Notes: generated by a model not told the origin, from the letters alone. 64,000 nt of DNA from an uncultured virus (IMG/VR IMGVR_UViG_3300013109_000180) (IMGVR_UViG_3300013109_000180); one strand, 5' to 3'. Positions 28,839-38,458 are shown, numbered from the stretch's first letter. A program made the numbers and translations.

Positions 28839-29103
28839 CTTTTAATCTTTTCCATCCAGGGTGGTGTGGCAGATACTTATATAATCCAATTGTTTGGTTA
28901 ATTACTATATCTAATAACTTAAAATCGAATAATGGTGGAAATATAGCATGTATAAAACTAGCAAATGCAAGTAATAATTGCTTACCTGCTTCTCTAAATC
29001 CAATCCACATATGTTTAAAATATAACACTATTGCGTTTCCACGGATTTTAGTATTATATTTTTCTGTGTTTCTTAAATGACTCCAATTAAACCATTTTTG
29101 CAT
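28813..29103 (-). CDS. Small protein resembling the DUF6356 family
   Basis: HL...YFKHM...IHAIFP pattern. Confidence 0.55.
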   Translation of the reverse strand: MQKWFNWSHLRNTEKYNTKIRGNAIVLYFKHMWIGFREAGKQLLLAFASFIHAIFPPLFDFKLLDIVINQTIGLYKYLPHHPGWKRLKDELKNNSK

Positions 29104-29130
29104 AATAATCTCTCCAATTGTTGTTATTTT

Positions 29131-29158
29131 ATTATATACATATTTATCCGTTTGTCAA
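29131..29158 (-). promoter_or_regulatory. Minus-strand promoter (sigma70-like with embedded ATAAATA)
   Basis: Reverse strand TTGACA-N16-TATAAT containing ATAAATA, upstream of 29103. Confidence 0.6.
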
Positions 29159-29179
29159 TCGGTATATTAGCCAATTGTC

Positions 29180-29186
29180 ATAAATA
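29180..29186 (+). promoter_or_regulatory. Late promoter core (ATAAATA)
   Basis: Intergenic, upstream of AGGAG (29211-15) and ATG 29224. Confidence 0.65.
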
Positions 29187-29223
29187 ATGTAGTATAGTAA
29201 ATATACCTTAAGGAGAAATAAAC

Positions 29224-29490
29224 ATGGCATTTGTTAAAAATTATACAATTACATCAGACGCAGGCACAGTATATGCAGATACTGACGCATGGATCACTGC
29301 ACACGGTCCTTGTGGAACTCAAAGAGAGTTCGACTCGACAATCGCTTTAACCGAAGACAGTACAGGCGTTATTATCAATATAACGTATGCTGACGAAGCA
29401 GAATGTGCGGCACACGAAGCTGAAACATCTGTAGACGACGGACCTGGTTCTGGTGCAGGAACATCTTGGGTAATTAATTCCCGAGGCTAA
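29224..29490 (+). CDS. Small acidic protein, monocistronic late gene
   Basis: Own promoter, strong RBS and terminator; 88 aa rich in T/A/D/E/G. Confidence 0.8.
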   Translation: MAFVKNYTITSDAGTVYADTDAWITAHGPCGTQREFDSTIALTEDSTGVIINITYADEAECAAHEAETSVDDGPGSGAGTSWVINSRG

Positions 29491-29498
29491 TAAACTTA

Positions 29499-29531
29499 AT
29501 TTACTTAGCCGTACTATGCGGCTAAGTAAAT
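29499..29531 (+). terminator. Strong hairpin, probable terminator
   Basis: ATTTACTTAGCCGTA-cta-TGCGGCTAAGTAAAT (15-bp stem with one G-U). Confidence 0.75.
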
Positions 29532-29555
29532 ATTCCCATTAAACAAAGAATATCA

Positions 29556-29584
29556 TTGACAAAAATAGGTATTTCTTTTATAAT
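29556..29584 (+). promoter_or_regulatory. Sigma70-type promoter
   Basis: TTGACA-N17-TATAAT. Confidence 0.85.
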
Positions 29585-29613
29585 ATGTATAAGATTCTAT
29601 TATAAGGAGATTT

Positions 29614-30984
29614 ATGGCTTTAACCAAAGCAATTATAGTACTTTCAGGTAGTAAGCAGGCAAAAAAACTAGGTGATTCTGTTAAAAGAGCATCAGAACAA
29701 CTTGCTATTAAGAGTAAAACAAAATCAATTGATATTAAGTTCGCTCATAAGGACTATGATTATATTACAGTAATTAAATCTTTGCCAAAAACTGCCAATA
29801 AAGCACGTAAATTAGGTGGTAGTATGTATAATAAGTTTAAGGATGTAGCGAACGAAATTCATTTTGATATTAACACAAAACATATGGATAGTATTAATGA
29901 AGGTATGGCACTTTCAAGTTATAATTTTGACAAATATAAAACAGATCCAAAAAGTGTAGAATTTTCAACAGAAGATTCTGGTATTTCAAAAAGTGTAAAC
30001 TTTGCACGTGATTTAGTTAGTGAACCTGGTAACGTTTTATACCCAGCAGAGTATGCTAGACGTATTAATGAACAACTTTCACCTTTAGGTGTTACAGTTA
30101 AAATTTATCATCAAGCACAACTAGAAGAAATGGGTCTTAACTTACTATTAAGTGTAGGACAAGGTTCTGAAAAAGACAGTTATGTAGTTGTGATGGAATA
30201 TATGAAAGGTGCTAAAGAAGATGCTCCATTTGCATTAGTAGGTAAAGGTGTTACATTTGACACCGGTGGTATTAGTCTTAAACCAGGTCGTAACATGGGT
30301 GACATGAAATACGATATGGGTGGCAGTGCCGCGGTAGTTGGGGCATTACACGCCATTGCTTCAAAAAATATAAAAAAGAATGTAGTTGGTATTGTAGGTT
30401 TAGTAGAAAATATGCCAGATGGTACAGCAATTAAACCCGGTGATGTTGTTACATCATTAAGTGGGCAAACAGTAGAAAATTTAAATACAGATGCAGAAGG
30501 TAGACTTGTACTCGCAGACATATTGACTTATGTACAAAATGAATATAAGCCATCTGCTATAATTAATTTAGCAACATTAACAGGAGCAATTGTTGCAACA
30601 CTTGGACATGAAATGGCAGGCTTATTTACAAACAGTAATGATTTAGAAAAAGCAATTAAATTAAATGGTAAAAAAGTAGATGAGGAATTTTTTCGTATGC
30701 CAATGGGCAAGAATTGGAACAAAATGATTGATTCAGATATAGCTGACATGCAGAATATTGGTGGAGCATATGGTGGTTCAACAACAGCCGCAGAATTTTT
30801 ATATCGCTTTGTTGATAAGAAAACACCTTGGGCTCATTTAGATATTGCTGGCATGGCATGGGCAAAAAAAGGATCAACAACTACTCCAAAAGGTGCGGCA
30901 GGATTTGGTGTGCAAACACTTTTTAATATCATTGCTAATGAAAAGATATTTTGGTATAATATTGATGAAGATATGAGTTACTAA
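29614..30984 (+). CDS. pepA: Leucyl aminopeptidase (M17 family)
   Basis: [40 protein letters not shown]. Confidence 0.95.
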   Translation: MALTKAIIVLSGSKQAKKLGDSVKRASEQLAIKSKTKSIDIKFAHKDYDYITVIKSLPKTANKARKLGGSMYNKFKDVANEIHFDINTKHMDSINEGMALSSYNFDKYKTDPKSVEFSTEDSGISKSVNFARDLVSEPGNVLYPAEYARRINEQLSPLGVTVKIYHQAQLEEMGLNLLLSVGQGSEKDSYVVVMEYMKGAKEDAPFALVGKGVTFDTGGISLKPGRNMGDMKYDMGGSAAVVGALHAIASKNIKKNVVGIVGLVENMPDGTAIKPGDVVTSLSGQTVENLNTDAEGRLVLADILTYVQNEYKPSAIINLATLTGAIVATLGHEMAGLFTNSNDLEKAIKLNGKKVDEEFFRMPMGKNWNKMIDSDIADMQNIGGAYGGSTTAAEFLYRFVDKKTPWAHLDIAGMAWAKKGSTTTPKGAAGFGVQTLFNIIANEKIFWYNIDEDMSY

Positions 30985-31334
30985 TGACATACTTAGTTAA
31001 AGAAGAATGTATTAAATGTAAACATATGGATTGTATGGAAGTATGTCCAGTTGATTGCTTCTATGAAGGTGAAAACTTTTTAGTAATTAACCCAGACGAA
31101 TGTATTGATTGTGGTGTCTGTGAACCAGAATGCCCTGTTGATGCAATTGTTCCTGACAGTGCGTTAGAAGGAACAGAATTAGATTATTGGATGAAGATTA
31201 ATACTGAGATGTCGGAAGTTTGGCCAAATATTACAGTACTAAGACCAGAAGATGTTCCGCCTGACGCAAAAGAATGGGCGGATAAACCAAATAAGAGAGA
31301 ATTACTCTCATTGAAACCAGGAAAGGGCGATTAG
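30984..31334 (+). CDS. fdxA: 7Fe/8Fe ferredoxin (FdxA type)
   Basis: [21 protein letters not shown]...[12 protein letters not shown]. Confidence 0.95.
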   Translation: MTYLVKEECIKCKHMDCMEVCPVDCFYEGENFLVINPDECIDCGVCEPECPVDAIVPDSALEGTELDYWMKINTEMSEVWPNITVLRPEDVPPDAKEWADKPNKRELLSLKPGKGD

Positions 31335-31338
31335 TTCA

Positions 31339-31887
31339 ATGTTAGCAAGTTTTATATATGTAGGGCGTGAAGCCTTAGAGATGATGTTTTTGTTGTTTAT
31401 GATTACATCAACAGTTTCATTAGATAAGAAATTAATTACCGCAGGTAGTGTTGGACTGCTTAGTGGATTAGCAGGTGGTGTGTTACTAGGTGAATTCTTA
31501 GAGAATTACGAAGTAATTATGTATGCAATGCTATCAGGGCTAATGCTTTACTTGTTTTTTACTAGTAATAATTTACCAGCACATATTAAAGGGCACGTTC
31601 AAGCAATTGCTGATAATACAGCAACATTTTGGGCAGGAATATTTACAGTATGGTTTATATTCTTTCGCGAAAGCATGGAAGTTTTTACATTTATGTTTCA
31701 GGCGATTAACAATACTGTAGTAAGTTGGACAGGTGCAGGTTTTGCAGTAATATTTGTTGCAATGCTATACAAAGTATTAAGGAATTACAAAGATACTCGT
31801 GCATTATTTAATATTACACGTTATGCATTTTTAATATTTGCAATGTGGTTTGGCTATGAAGCCTTAGAACATGCACATATATTATAG
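31339..31887 (+). CDS. FTR1-like iron permease (compact)
   Basis: Two RExxE motifs (REALE, RESME) in a multi-TM protein. Confidence 0.7.
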   Translation: MLASFIYVGREALEMMFLLFMITSTVSLDKKLITAGSVGLLSGLAGGVLLGEFLENYEVIMYAMLSGLMLYLFFTSNNLPAHIKGHVQAIADNTATFWAGIFTVWFIFFRESMEVFTFMFQAINNTVVSWTGAGFAVIFVAMLYKVLRNYKDTRALFNITRYAFLIFAMWFGYEALEHAHIL

Positions 31888-31895
31888 GAATAGAT

Positions 31896-32228
31896 ATGAA
31901 AACTAAAGAAGAATTATTAAAAGAAATAGATGATGTTATGGAACAGTATGTTGTACCTAATGTAGCACAACACGGTGGGCAAGTAAACGTCTTAAATTTT
32001 GATGAAGAAACTGGTATTTTACATATGCAAATGAGTGGAAGTTGCAGTGGATGTGCTAGTAGTACAGAAACACTTAAACTAGGAATAGAAAGTACATTAA
32101 TGCATTTCATTCCAGAAATTAAAGGCGTCACTAGTGAAGATGATCCTATGTTTAATGATCCGTATTATTCATCAGACCCTTCAGGGTTGTATGGTGGGTT
32201 TCCACCTGATTATGATGCAGACAAATAA
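31896..32228 (+). CDS. NifU C-terminal / Nfu-type Fe-S carrier
   Basis: VVPNVAQHGG...MSGSCSGCASS.TLK.GIE. Confidence 0.9.
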   Translation: MKTKEELLKEIDDVMEQYVVPNVAQHGGQVNVLNFDEETGILHMQMSGSCSGCASSTETLKLGIESTLMHFIPEIKGVTSEDDPMFNDPYYSSDPSGLYGGFPPDYDADK

Positions 32229-33155
32229 ATGGAAAAAAAGAAAATAGCAATTTGTTTTAGTGGGCAAACCAGACATTTTAATAAAGATCCAAGGTATACA
32301 CAAGATTTTTATGAAATTCTCGATTTATTTGATGAATTTGATTATGACTTGTTTGGGCACACTTGGGCAGATCATGAAGATCCGCATTCTGAGGTATTAG
32401 ATAAGTTTACAGAATATAGAAGTGATGACCAAGAGATAATTTGGGATGCTATTACAGATCTTAGACCAATACACAATGTTATGAATGGCAGTCAATATTT
32501 TCCTGTCTGGGAGCAGTTTTTTCAAACAAACCAAGAATGGTATAATAAACCAGAATATATGGATATGCTTAAAGGCAAATCAGATACGAATTATATAGAG
32601 TTTGCTAAAGAAAGAATAAAGGGAACAGTTGGACAAGTTTGGTCAGCACATGAATCGTTTTTACTAACTAGTTTACACTGGCAGAAAACTTTTTATAGTT
32701 TTGTAGTAAAAGTAAGATGGGATTTGATGATTAAATATTTTAATGGACATGAATGGGTTACTACTAATAAAGAAAAGTTTAAAGATATTTTGCATAATTG
32801 GGTAAACAAACAAGGTGAATTTAAAGGTATGTACACGGTGCCGGGTTGTTTATGTTCAGATGATTGTATTTTTGAATATAATAGTACACCTTATGCTAAT
32901 GATCATATGTATTTGTTTGATGGAGGTGAGTTTACAAAAAATGGACTATATATAAGACAACCAGTAGACATGTTTTCAGCATTATTATATAATTATATTA
33001 AAGGTCCTAACAGTTTTCCAAGAGTGCCATCAGCACATAGTTTATGGATGGATTGGATCCAATATGCTGGATTCCGAGTATCACCAAAATTGCCACACTT
33101 ATTCACAGCAAATGGACCTAGCGAAGGCAAAATTAATAAGGAGTGGAACATATAA
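32229..33155 (+). CDS. Hypothetical protein, possibly glycosyltransferase-like
   Basis: KIAICFSGQTR...HTW...KVRWD...ND motif set. Confidence 0.5.
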   Translation: MEKKKIAICFSGQTRHFNKDPRYTQDFYEILDLFDEFDYDLFGHTWADHEDPHSEVLDKFTEYRSDDQEIIWDAITDLRPIHNVMNGSQYFPVWEQFFQTNQEWYNKPEYMDMLKGKSDTNYIEFAKERIKGTVGQVWSAHESFLLTSLHWQKTFYSFVVKVRWDLMIKYFNGHEWVTTNKEKFKDILHNWVNKQGEFKGMYTVPGCLCSDDCIFEYNSTPYANDHMYLFDGGEFTKNGLYIRQPVDMFSALLYNYIKGPNSFPRVPSAHSLWMDWIQYAGFRVSPKLPHLFTANGPSEGKINKEWNI

Positions 33156-33670
33156 TGAATATTAAAGATTATATAAGAACAGTTAAAGATTATCCTATTA
33201 AGGGTGTTAATTTTTATGATGTTAATAGTTTATTTGCTAGTGATTTATGGATACCAGAAGTTCAAAATCTAGCAGATGAGATAGATGCTAGACTAGAACG
33301 TTTACCAACACATATAGTTGGTATTGAAAGTAGAGGATTTGTACTAGGAGCCGCATTATCGTACGATTTAAATATTCCATTTGTTATGGTACGTAAAAAA
33401 GGTGCTAAATACCCTGGTAGATTACTAAGAGAAAGTTATAAATTAGAATATGGTAAGGCTACACTTACATTGCAACAAGGTATTTTAGGACATACGAGTA
33501 GAGTTTTAATAGCAGATGATCTAGTTGCAACAGGTGGGAGTATGATTGCTACTAAACGATTAGTTGAGCGAACAGGTGCAACAGTATTAGGTGGTGTAAC
33601 AATAATTAACCTCAAGTATTTAAATACTGAGCCATTAGAGCTTATATCATCACTGGAGATAGAAAAATGA
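33155..33670 (+). CDS. apt: Adenine phosphoribosyltransferase
   Basis: DYPIKGVNFYD, GIESRGF, VRKKG, YKLEYG, IADDLVATGGS. Confidence 0.93.
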   Translation: MNIKDYIRTVKDYPIKGVNFYDVNSLFASDLWIPEVQNLADEIDARLERLPTHIVGIESRGFVLGAALSYDLNIPFVMVRKKGAKYPGRLLRESYKLEYGKATLTLQQGILGHTSRVLIADDLVATGGSMIATKRLVERTGATVLGGVTIINLKYLNTEPLELISSLEIEK

Positions 33671-34053
33671 TTAATGTAACAAACGATGCCGCAATGCATC
33701 TAAAAGGAATAAGTGATTCAAACGAAGGTAAGATTCCTGTACTAGGTCTTAAAGGTGGCGGGTGTGCAGGTTTTAGTTATGAATGGCAGTTAAAAGAAGA
33801 GAAAGACCTTGACACAAAAGCAGATCATGTTATTGTAATGGACAATGGATATAAGATGGCTGTTGATAGTTCAAGTATTATGTTTTTAGTAGGTACAACA
33901 CTTGAATTAAAACATGATATAGTTGGAACTATGTTAGAAGTAGTAAATCCATCAGCTAAAAGTAGTTGTGGATGTGGAGAGAGTGTAAATTTTGACATGG
34001 ACAAAGTTGCAACAAATGAAAAATTTATAGTAGAATTACCAAAAGTAGACTAA
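33667..34053 (+). CDS. iscA: HesB/IscA-family Fe-S assembly protein
   Basis: GGGCAGFSY ... NPSAKSSCGCGES. Confidence 0.92.
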   Translation: MINVTNDAAMHLKGISDSNEGKIPVLGLKGGGCAGFSYEWQLKEEKDLDTKADHVIVMDNGYKMAVDSSSIMFLVGTTLELKHDIVGTMLEVVNPSAKSSCGCGESVNFDMDKVATNEKFIVELPKVD

Positions 34054-34466
34054 TGACAAAACAAATTGACTTAAATAAATATAAAGAGTTTGTAGAGGCA
34101 GTTACAAGTAGCGAAAGTGGTAACACAGAAGCCTTAGCAAATAAAATTCGAAATCTTGAAGAAGAATCAGGAGTTAATATTGCAACACTTTTAACTGGTG
34201 CAATAGGTATAGCAAGTGAAGGAGGCGAATTTGCAGAAATTGTTAAAAAATGTATATTCCAAGGTAAACCATTGGACGATGAAACTATCTTTCATGCTAA
34301 ACGAGAGCTTGGTGATATTATGTGGTATTGGATTAGTTCTTGTAGGGCTTTGGGTCTCGACCCTAATGAAGTCATAGCAGAAAATGTACACAAACTAAAA
34401 TCACGTTATCCTGGTGGAGAGTTTGATGTTCATTACAGTGAGAATAGACAAACAGGCGATTTATAA
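34053..34466 (+). CDS. mazG: MazG-like NTP pyrophosphohydrolase
   Basis: SEGGEFAEIVKK...ELGDIMWY...NVHKLKSRYP. Confidence 0.9.
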   Translation: MTKQIDLNKYKEFVEAVTSSESGNTEALANKIRNLEEESGVNIATLLTGAIGIASEGGEFAEIVKKCIFQGKPLDDETIFHAKRELGDIMWYWISSCRALGLDPNEVIAENVHKLKSRYPGGEFDVHYSENRQTGDL

Positions 34467-35060
34467 GTGTCAGTAAGTTGGACCTTATTTGATGCAGGTT
34501 CTCATGGTACTTGGCTAAATTACTTTATTAATAGTCATCCTGAACATGCTAAAGCCAATTTAAACGTTACTTTGCAAACAAAAAAGAAAGATAATATAAT
34601 TACTGACTACGGTGTTTTAGGTAGCGAATGGACAATTGGAGATTCTTTTACTCCTCCACAAAAAGGTAAAGTTAATTTAAAAATATTTCCAGCACATTGT
34701 TTACACAAATATGAAGAGCAATATGAACAATTACTAAAAGATACACAATGTGAAAAGGTTATTGTAGTTACTTCTGAATCAGGAATACTAATGGATAAAA
34801 TGTTAAAAAGAATGCCTGTAATTAGGCCAGAATGGAAAGAAAATTTATATGGCAACTTTAATTGTTTTAGAGAAGGTATTGAACTAAAGCCTTATCTTGA
34901 ACAATCAAGTGTTCCAGTTCATTACGTAGATATTGGAAAAATATTGACAAATGATGAAAAAGAGTATAAACTAATGTTAGAGTTTTTAGATGAACAACCG
35001 TTGGCTAATTGGAATGATTATGTACAAAGAGTGCATGATGATATATATGCTAATATTTAA
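34467..35060 (+). CDS. Hypothetical protein, sulfotransferase/P-loop-like
   Basis: FDAGSHGTWLNYFI N-terminal loop; EYKLMLEFL C-terminal pattern. Confidence 0.5.
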   Translation: MSVSWTLFDAGSHGTWLNYFINSHPEHAKANLNVTLQTKKKDNIITDYGVLGSEWTIGDSFTPPQKGKVNLKIFPAHCLHKYEEQYEQLLKDTQCEKVIVVTSESGILMDKMLKRMPVIRPEWKENLYGNFNCFREGIELKPYLEQSSVPVHYVDIGKILTNDEKEYKLMLEFLDEQPLANWNDYVQRVHDDIYANI

Positions 35061-35063
35061 ATT

Positions 35064-35453
35064 ATGATAGATTACAAAGGCAAACCACTTGAAGATTTAA
35101 ACCTAGAAGAAACCATTGAGTTTGAGAAGCAAATGCTTAAAAGAGTATTAGCGGCTAGTAGGGCTCATATGGGAGAAGGACTTATTGATCAGATTAATAT
35201 TTTTATAGCATTAATCAGAGATCATAAAATGCAATTAGCTGAAAGTGAAGCGTATAAGAAAAATGAAAAAGAAGATGGTACTGTTTTAGAATTAGGTGAA
35301 ATAGCAATACCTCCTGATCTTGTAACTAACCCAAATGTAGATAAAATACTTGCTGATTTTAAGGCTAAGCCTAAAGCAGACGTAAAAAAGATACTTGCCG
35401 CATATAAGGCTAAATCAATAGATGAAATACTTGACTTTTACAAGAAAAAGTAA
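35064..35453 (+). CDS. Hypothetical protein with C-terminal triplicated helix
   Basis: VDKILADFKAK / VKKILAAYKAK / IDEILDFYKKK. Confidence 0.6.
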   Translation: MIDYKGKPLEDLNLEETIEFEKQMLKRVLAASRAHMGEGLIDQINIFIALIRDHKMQLAESEAYKKNEKEDGTVLELGEIAIPPDLVTNPNVDKILADFKAKPKADVKKILAAYKAKSIDEILDFYKKK

Positions 35454-35459
35454 TATAAT
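35431..35459 (+). promoter_or_regulatory. Sigma70-type promoter
   Basis: TTGACT-N17-TATAAT, 6 nt before ATG 35466. Confidence 0.7.
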
Positions 35460-35465
35460 AGTGGA

Positions 35466-35972
35466 ATGCAAATGAATAAAAACAAGCAATATGTAGTATC
35501 TGAGCAGGATATTATTAAAGGGTGGTTATCTGGCAACAATGTAACAGATGTTGTAGTAGAAGATACAAAACCAATAAATATATATAACGAATGGTGCCAA
35601 TCATTTGATTTAGACCAGTTTATTGACGCAAAACCGCAAAATACAACTAGTACATATGTAGAAGATTGTTTGCGTAAATGGAATATGCCAAACGAGTATA
35701 TGGCTATAAATATACAAGAATGGTTAATGGAACGTTGTACATCAGCACAACAACGTGACAGGGTTTATACCGAACTTATTGAATATGAAAAACGCGGTAT
35801 GATTATTGTGCTGAAATTTTTACTATACTTAGTAGAGACATGTGAAAAAAATAACATTGTATTAGGTGTAGGAAGAGGCAGTAGTGTAGCTAGTTACTGT
35901 CTGTATTTGCTGGGTATACATCATATAGACAGCATTAAATACGAACTTGATATCAAGGAGTTTTTAAAATGA
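35466..35972 (+). CDS. Stand-alone fragment homologous to DNA polymerase III alpha (DnaE) palm region
   Basis: RVYTEL...GVGRGSSVASYCLYLLGIHHIDSIKYEL..EFL. Confidence 0.8.
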   Translation: MQMNKNKQYVVSEQDIIKGWLSGNNVTDVVVEDTKPINIYNEWCQSFDLDQFIDAKPQNTTSTYVEDCLRKWNMPNEYMAINIQEWLMERCTSAQQRDRVYTELIEYEKRGMIIVLKFLLYLVETCEKNNIVLGVGRGSSVASYCLYLLGIHHIDSIKYELDIKEFLK

Positions 35973-36391
35973 AAAGAGTTAAAACCGCCAAGGGTCGCAT
36001 GTTAGACATGGGTGCTCTGGCAGCGAAACACGAAGACACAAGAGCTGTAAGCAATTTAAATATGAATGCTCGAGGTGATATTATTGATAATAGAGGAAAT
36101 GTTACTATCTCCAGAGAGAAGATTTCAAAAGAGTTCTATAAAGATAATGTACCTGGAGCAGACACTGAAAAAATTAGCATTAAGGAAGATGAAACAGTAG
36201 CAGAAAAGAAGAAAACTGTTGAACCACCTAAACCAGCTCCAAAGAAACAAGCAACACCAAAAGCAAAAGCAACACCAAAAACAAAAGAACCAGTTACAGA
36301 AGTAAGTCGTAGAGGACGTACTAGAGATGACGGTACTCAATATTTTGAAGTAGAGTACAGTGATGGTAGTATGGAAGATATTAATCAGTAA
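35969..36391 (+). CDS. Phage hypothetical protein
   Basis: TAKGRMLDMGAL...AVSNLNMNARGDII; Lys/Pro-rich linker. Confidence 0.7.
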   Translation: MKRVKTAKGRMLDMGALAAKHEDTRAVSNLNMNARGDIIDNRGNVTISREKISKEFYKDNVPGADTEKISIKEDETVAEKKKTVEPPKPAPKKQATPKAKATPKTKEPVTEVSRRGRTRDDGTQYFEVEYSDGSMEDINQ

Positions 36392-36402
36392 TTGGAGGGA
36401 AC

Positions 36403-36774
36403 ATGACTAGAGTAATAAGAGCAATGCGAGATAAAATCTTAGCAGAGATGGTAGACAAACCGGGTGAGAAAAAAACTGCAGGTGGGATTATCATTACTGA
36501 AAATGATGGACAAGAAAATGCTGTAAGGCCACGTTGGTTTAAAGTATACAGTGTAGGAAATGACATCGATTGGATTACAAAAGGAAAGTACGTCCTTGTT
36601 GATCATGGACGTTGGAGTAACGGAATGCAAGTAGATGATGATTTAAAACTTTACTTGCTAGACAATGAGGATTGCCTACTAGAATCAGAAACTAATCCAA
36701 TGGATGATGAAAAGTTACAGGTTACTGGTAAAGTGATTCCTAAACGCCCATCGGGCGACACAACGAGAGGATAA
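36403..36774 (+). CDS. groES: GroES-like co-chaperonin
   Basis: RDKIL...EKKTAGGIII...VYSVG. Confidence 0.8.
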   Translation: MTRVIRAMRDKILAEMVDKPGEKKTAGGIIITENDGQENAVRPRWFKVYSVGNDIDWITKGKYVLVDHGRWSNGMQVDDDLKLYLLDNEDCLLESETNPMDDEKLQVTGKVIPKRPSGDTTRG

Positions 36775-36777
36775 TAA

Positions 36778-37419
36778 ATGAATATTGAAAAATTACATAA
36801 AGCAATTGGAGAAATGGGACAAGCATTAGAAGAAGGTGGTGGTGCTCAACCTAATTCATTGCCGATGCCACCAAAACAACCAGGACAGGTATTATACGAA
36901 TCAGGCATTTATTATTTTGCCGACAATTTTACATATGAATCAACCAAGCCAGTAGTGGCATGGATTATAGAAAAGAATTTACTACCGGATAGCGAACGTC
37001 CGAAAATGCTTACCCTTATTATTAATAGCCCAGGTGGTAGTGTACATGCCGCATTTGGTTTAATTGATGTAATGAAAGGCTCAGCACTACCTATTAAAAC
37101 TGTAGGCTTAGGAATGATTGCATCATGTGGAATTCTTACATTTATGTCAGGACAAAAAGGTAAGCGTGTGCTAACAAGAAACACAAGTATATTATCACAT
37201 CAATATAGTTGGGGTTCAGGTGGTAAAGAACATGAATTGTTTGCACGTGTCAAAGAGTTTGAACTTTCATCAAAACGTATGGTAGAACATTATAAAAAAT
37301 GTACTGGCATGACTGAAAAGAAAATACGTGAGATATTACTACCAGCTGAAGACGTTTGGTTAACGGCAGAAGAAGCTGTTAAGCACGGAATCGCAGATGC
37401 CATTGTGGACACTTATTAA
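36778..37419 (+). CDS. clpP: ClpP-family protease subunit
   Basis: INSPGGSV, GMIASCG (catalytic Ser), ILSHQ (His), DVWLTAEEAVKHGIAD. Confidence 0.9.
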   Translation: MNIEKLHKAIGEMGQALEEGGGAQPNSLPMPPKQPGQVLYESGIYYFADNFTYESTKPVVAWIIEKNLLPDSERPKMLTLIINSPGGSVHAAFGLIDVMKGSALPIKTVGLGMIASCGILTFMSGQKGKRVLTRNTSILSHQYSWGSGGKEHELFARVKEFELSSKRMVEHYKKCTGMTEKKIREILLPAEDVWLTAEEAVKHGIADAIVDTY

Positions 37420-37428
37420 TTAATCTTA

Positions 37429-37457
37429 TTGACAAATCATATAATTTATAGTATTAT
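37429..37457 (+). promoter_or_regulatory. Sigma70-type promoter
   Basis: TTGACA-N17-TATTAT. Confidence 0.75.
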
Positions 37458-37479
37458 AATATAATAAAACGGAATTTAA

Positions 37480-38448
37480 ATGAAAATAAAGATAATATCC
37501 GGAAATAGTAATATAGTAATGGCAGAAAAAATTGCCGAGTATTGTTTTGCGACCCTTGTTCCTGCAGAAATCAAAGCCTTTGCAGATGGCGAAAGTAGTG
37601 TAGAATTTTTACAAAATATACGTGGTGAAGATGTTTTTATAATACAATCAATTAGTGCACCAGCAAATGATAATTTAATGGAATTATTAATTATGATTGA
37701 TGCCGCTAAACGTAGTAGTGCTAAACGTATTACCGCAGTGATACCATATTACGGATATGCTAGACAAGATCGTAAAAGTGCAAGTCGTACACCAATTACA
37801 GCAAAACTTATTGCTAATTTAATAACTAAAGCAGGTGCAAATAGAATACTTACAATGGATTTACATGCAGGGCAAATCCAAGGATTTTTTGATATTCCTG
37901 TAGACGACTTAACTAGTAGAATTTCATTTGCAAAGGATATTAAAAAAGCCTTTGGCATGAAAGAAAAAACTAGTATAAAAAACCTCGAAACAGTATTTGT
38001 TTCACCTGATGCAGGCGGTACTATGAGAGCTCGTAAGTTCGCTGAAGTATTTGGTGGAGATATTGCTATTGTTGATAAACGTAGAGCTAGACCGGGTGTT
38101 AGTGAAGTTATGAATATTATTGGTGACGTGGAAGATTGTCATGCAGTAATAGTTGATGATATTGTTGACAGTGGTGGAACATTATGTAATGCGGCAAAGG
38201 CAATTATAGATGCTGGTGCATTAAGTGTAAGAGCATATATTACACATGGTGTTTTAACTGGTGAAGCATGTCAAAGAGTTGAGAAAAGTGTATTGGAAGA
38301 ATTAGTAATCACGGACAGTATTGATTTTAGATGTCCTAATGATTGTAAGAAAACACGAATGGTAAGTGTGGCAACAATGTTTGGTGAAGCCATTAGGCGA
38401 GTATCAAACGAAGAGAGTGTAAGCAGTTTGTTTACACAGAAAGTATAA
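37480..38448 (+). CDS. prs: Ribose-phosphate pyrophosphokinase
   Basis: FADGE, YYGYARQDRK, DLHAGQIQGFF, VSPDAGG, VDDIVDSGGT. Confidence 0.97.
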   Translation: MKIKIISGNSNIVMAEKIAEYCFATLVPAEIKAFADGESSVEFLQNIRGEDVFIIQSISAPANDNLMELLIMIDAAKRSSAKRITAVIPYYGYARQDRKSASRTPITAKLIANLITKAGANRILTMDLHAGQIQGFFDIPVDDLTSRISFAKDIKKAFGMKEKTSIKNLETVFVSPDAGGTMRARKFAEVFGGDIAIVDKRRARPGVSEVMNIIGDVEDCHAVIVDDIVDSGGTLCNAAKAIIDAGALSVRAYITHGVLTGEACQRVEKSVLEELVITDSIDFRCPNDCKKTRMVSVATMFGEAIRRVSNEESVSSLFTQKV

Positions 38449-38458
38449 GGAATAGAAT

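Noticed and set aside
36778..37419. ClpP as the protease that cuts the xxE sites
   Set aside because: Glu-specific head maturation in T4-like phages is done by gp21-type proteases; this ClpP sits among metabolic genes and nothing in the sequence links it to the head.
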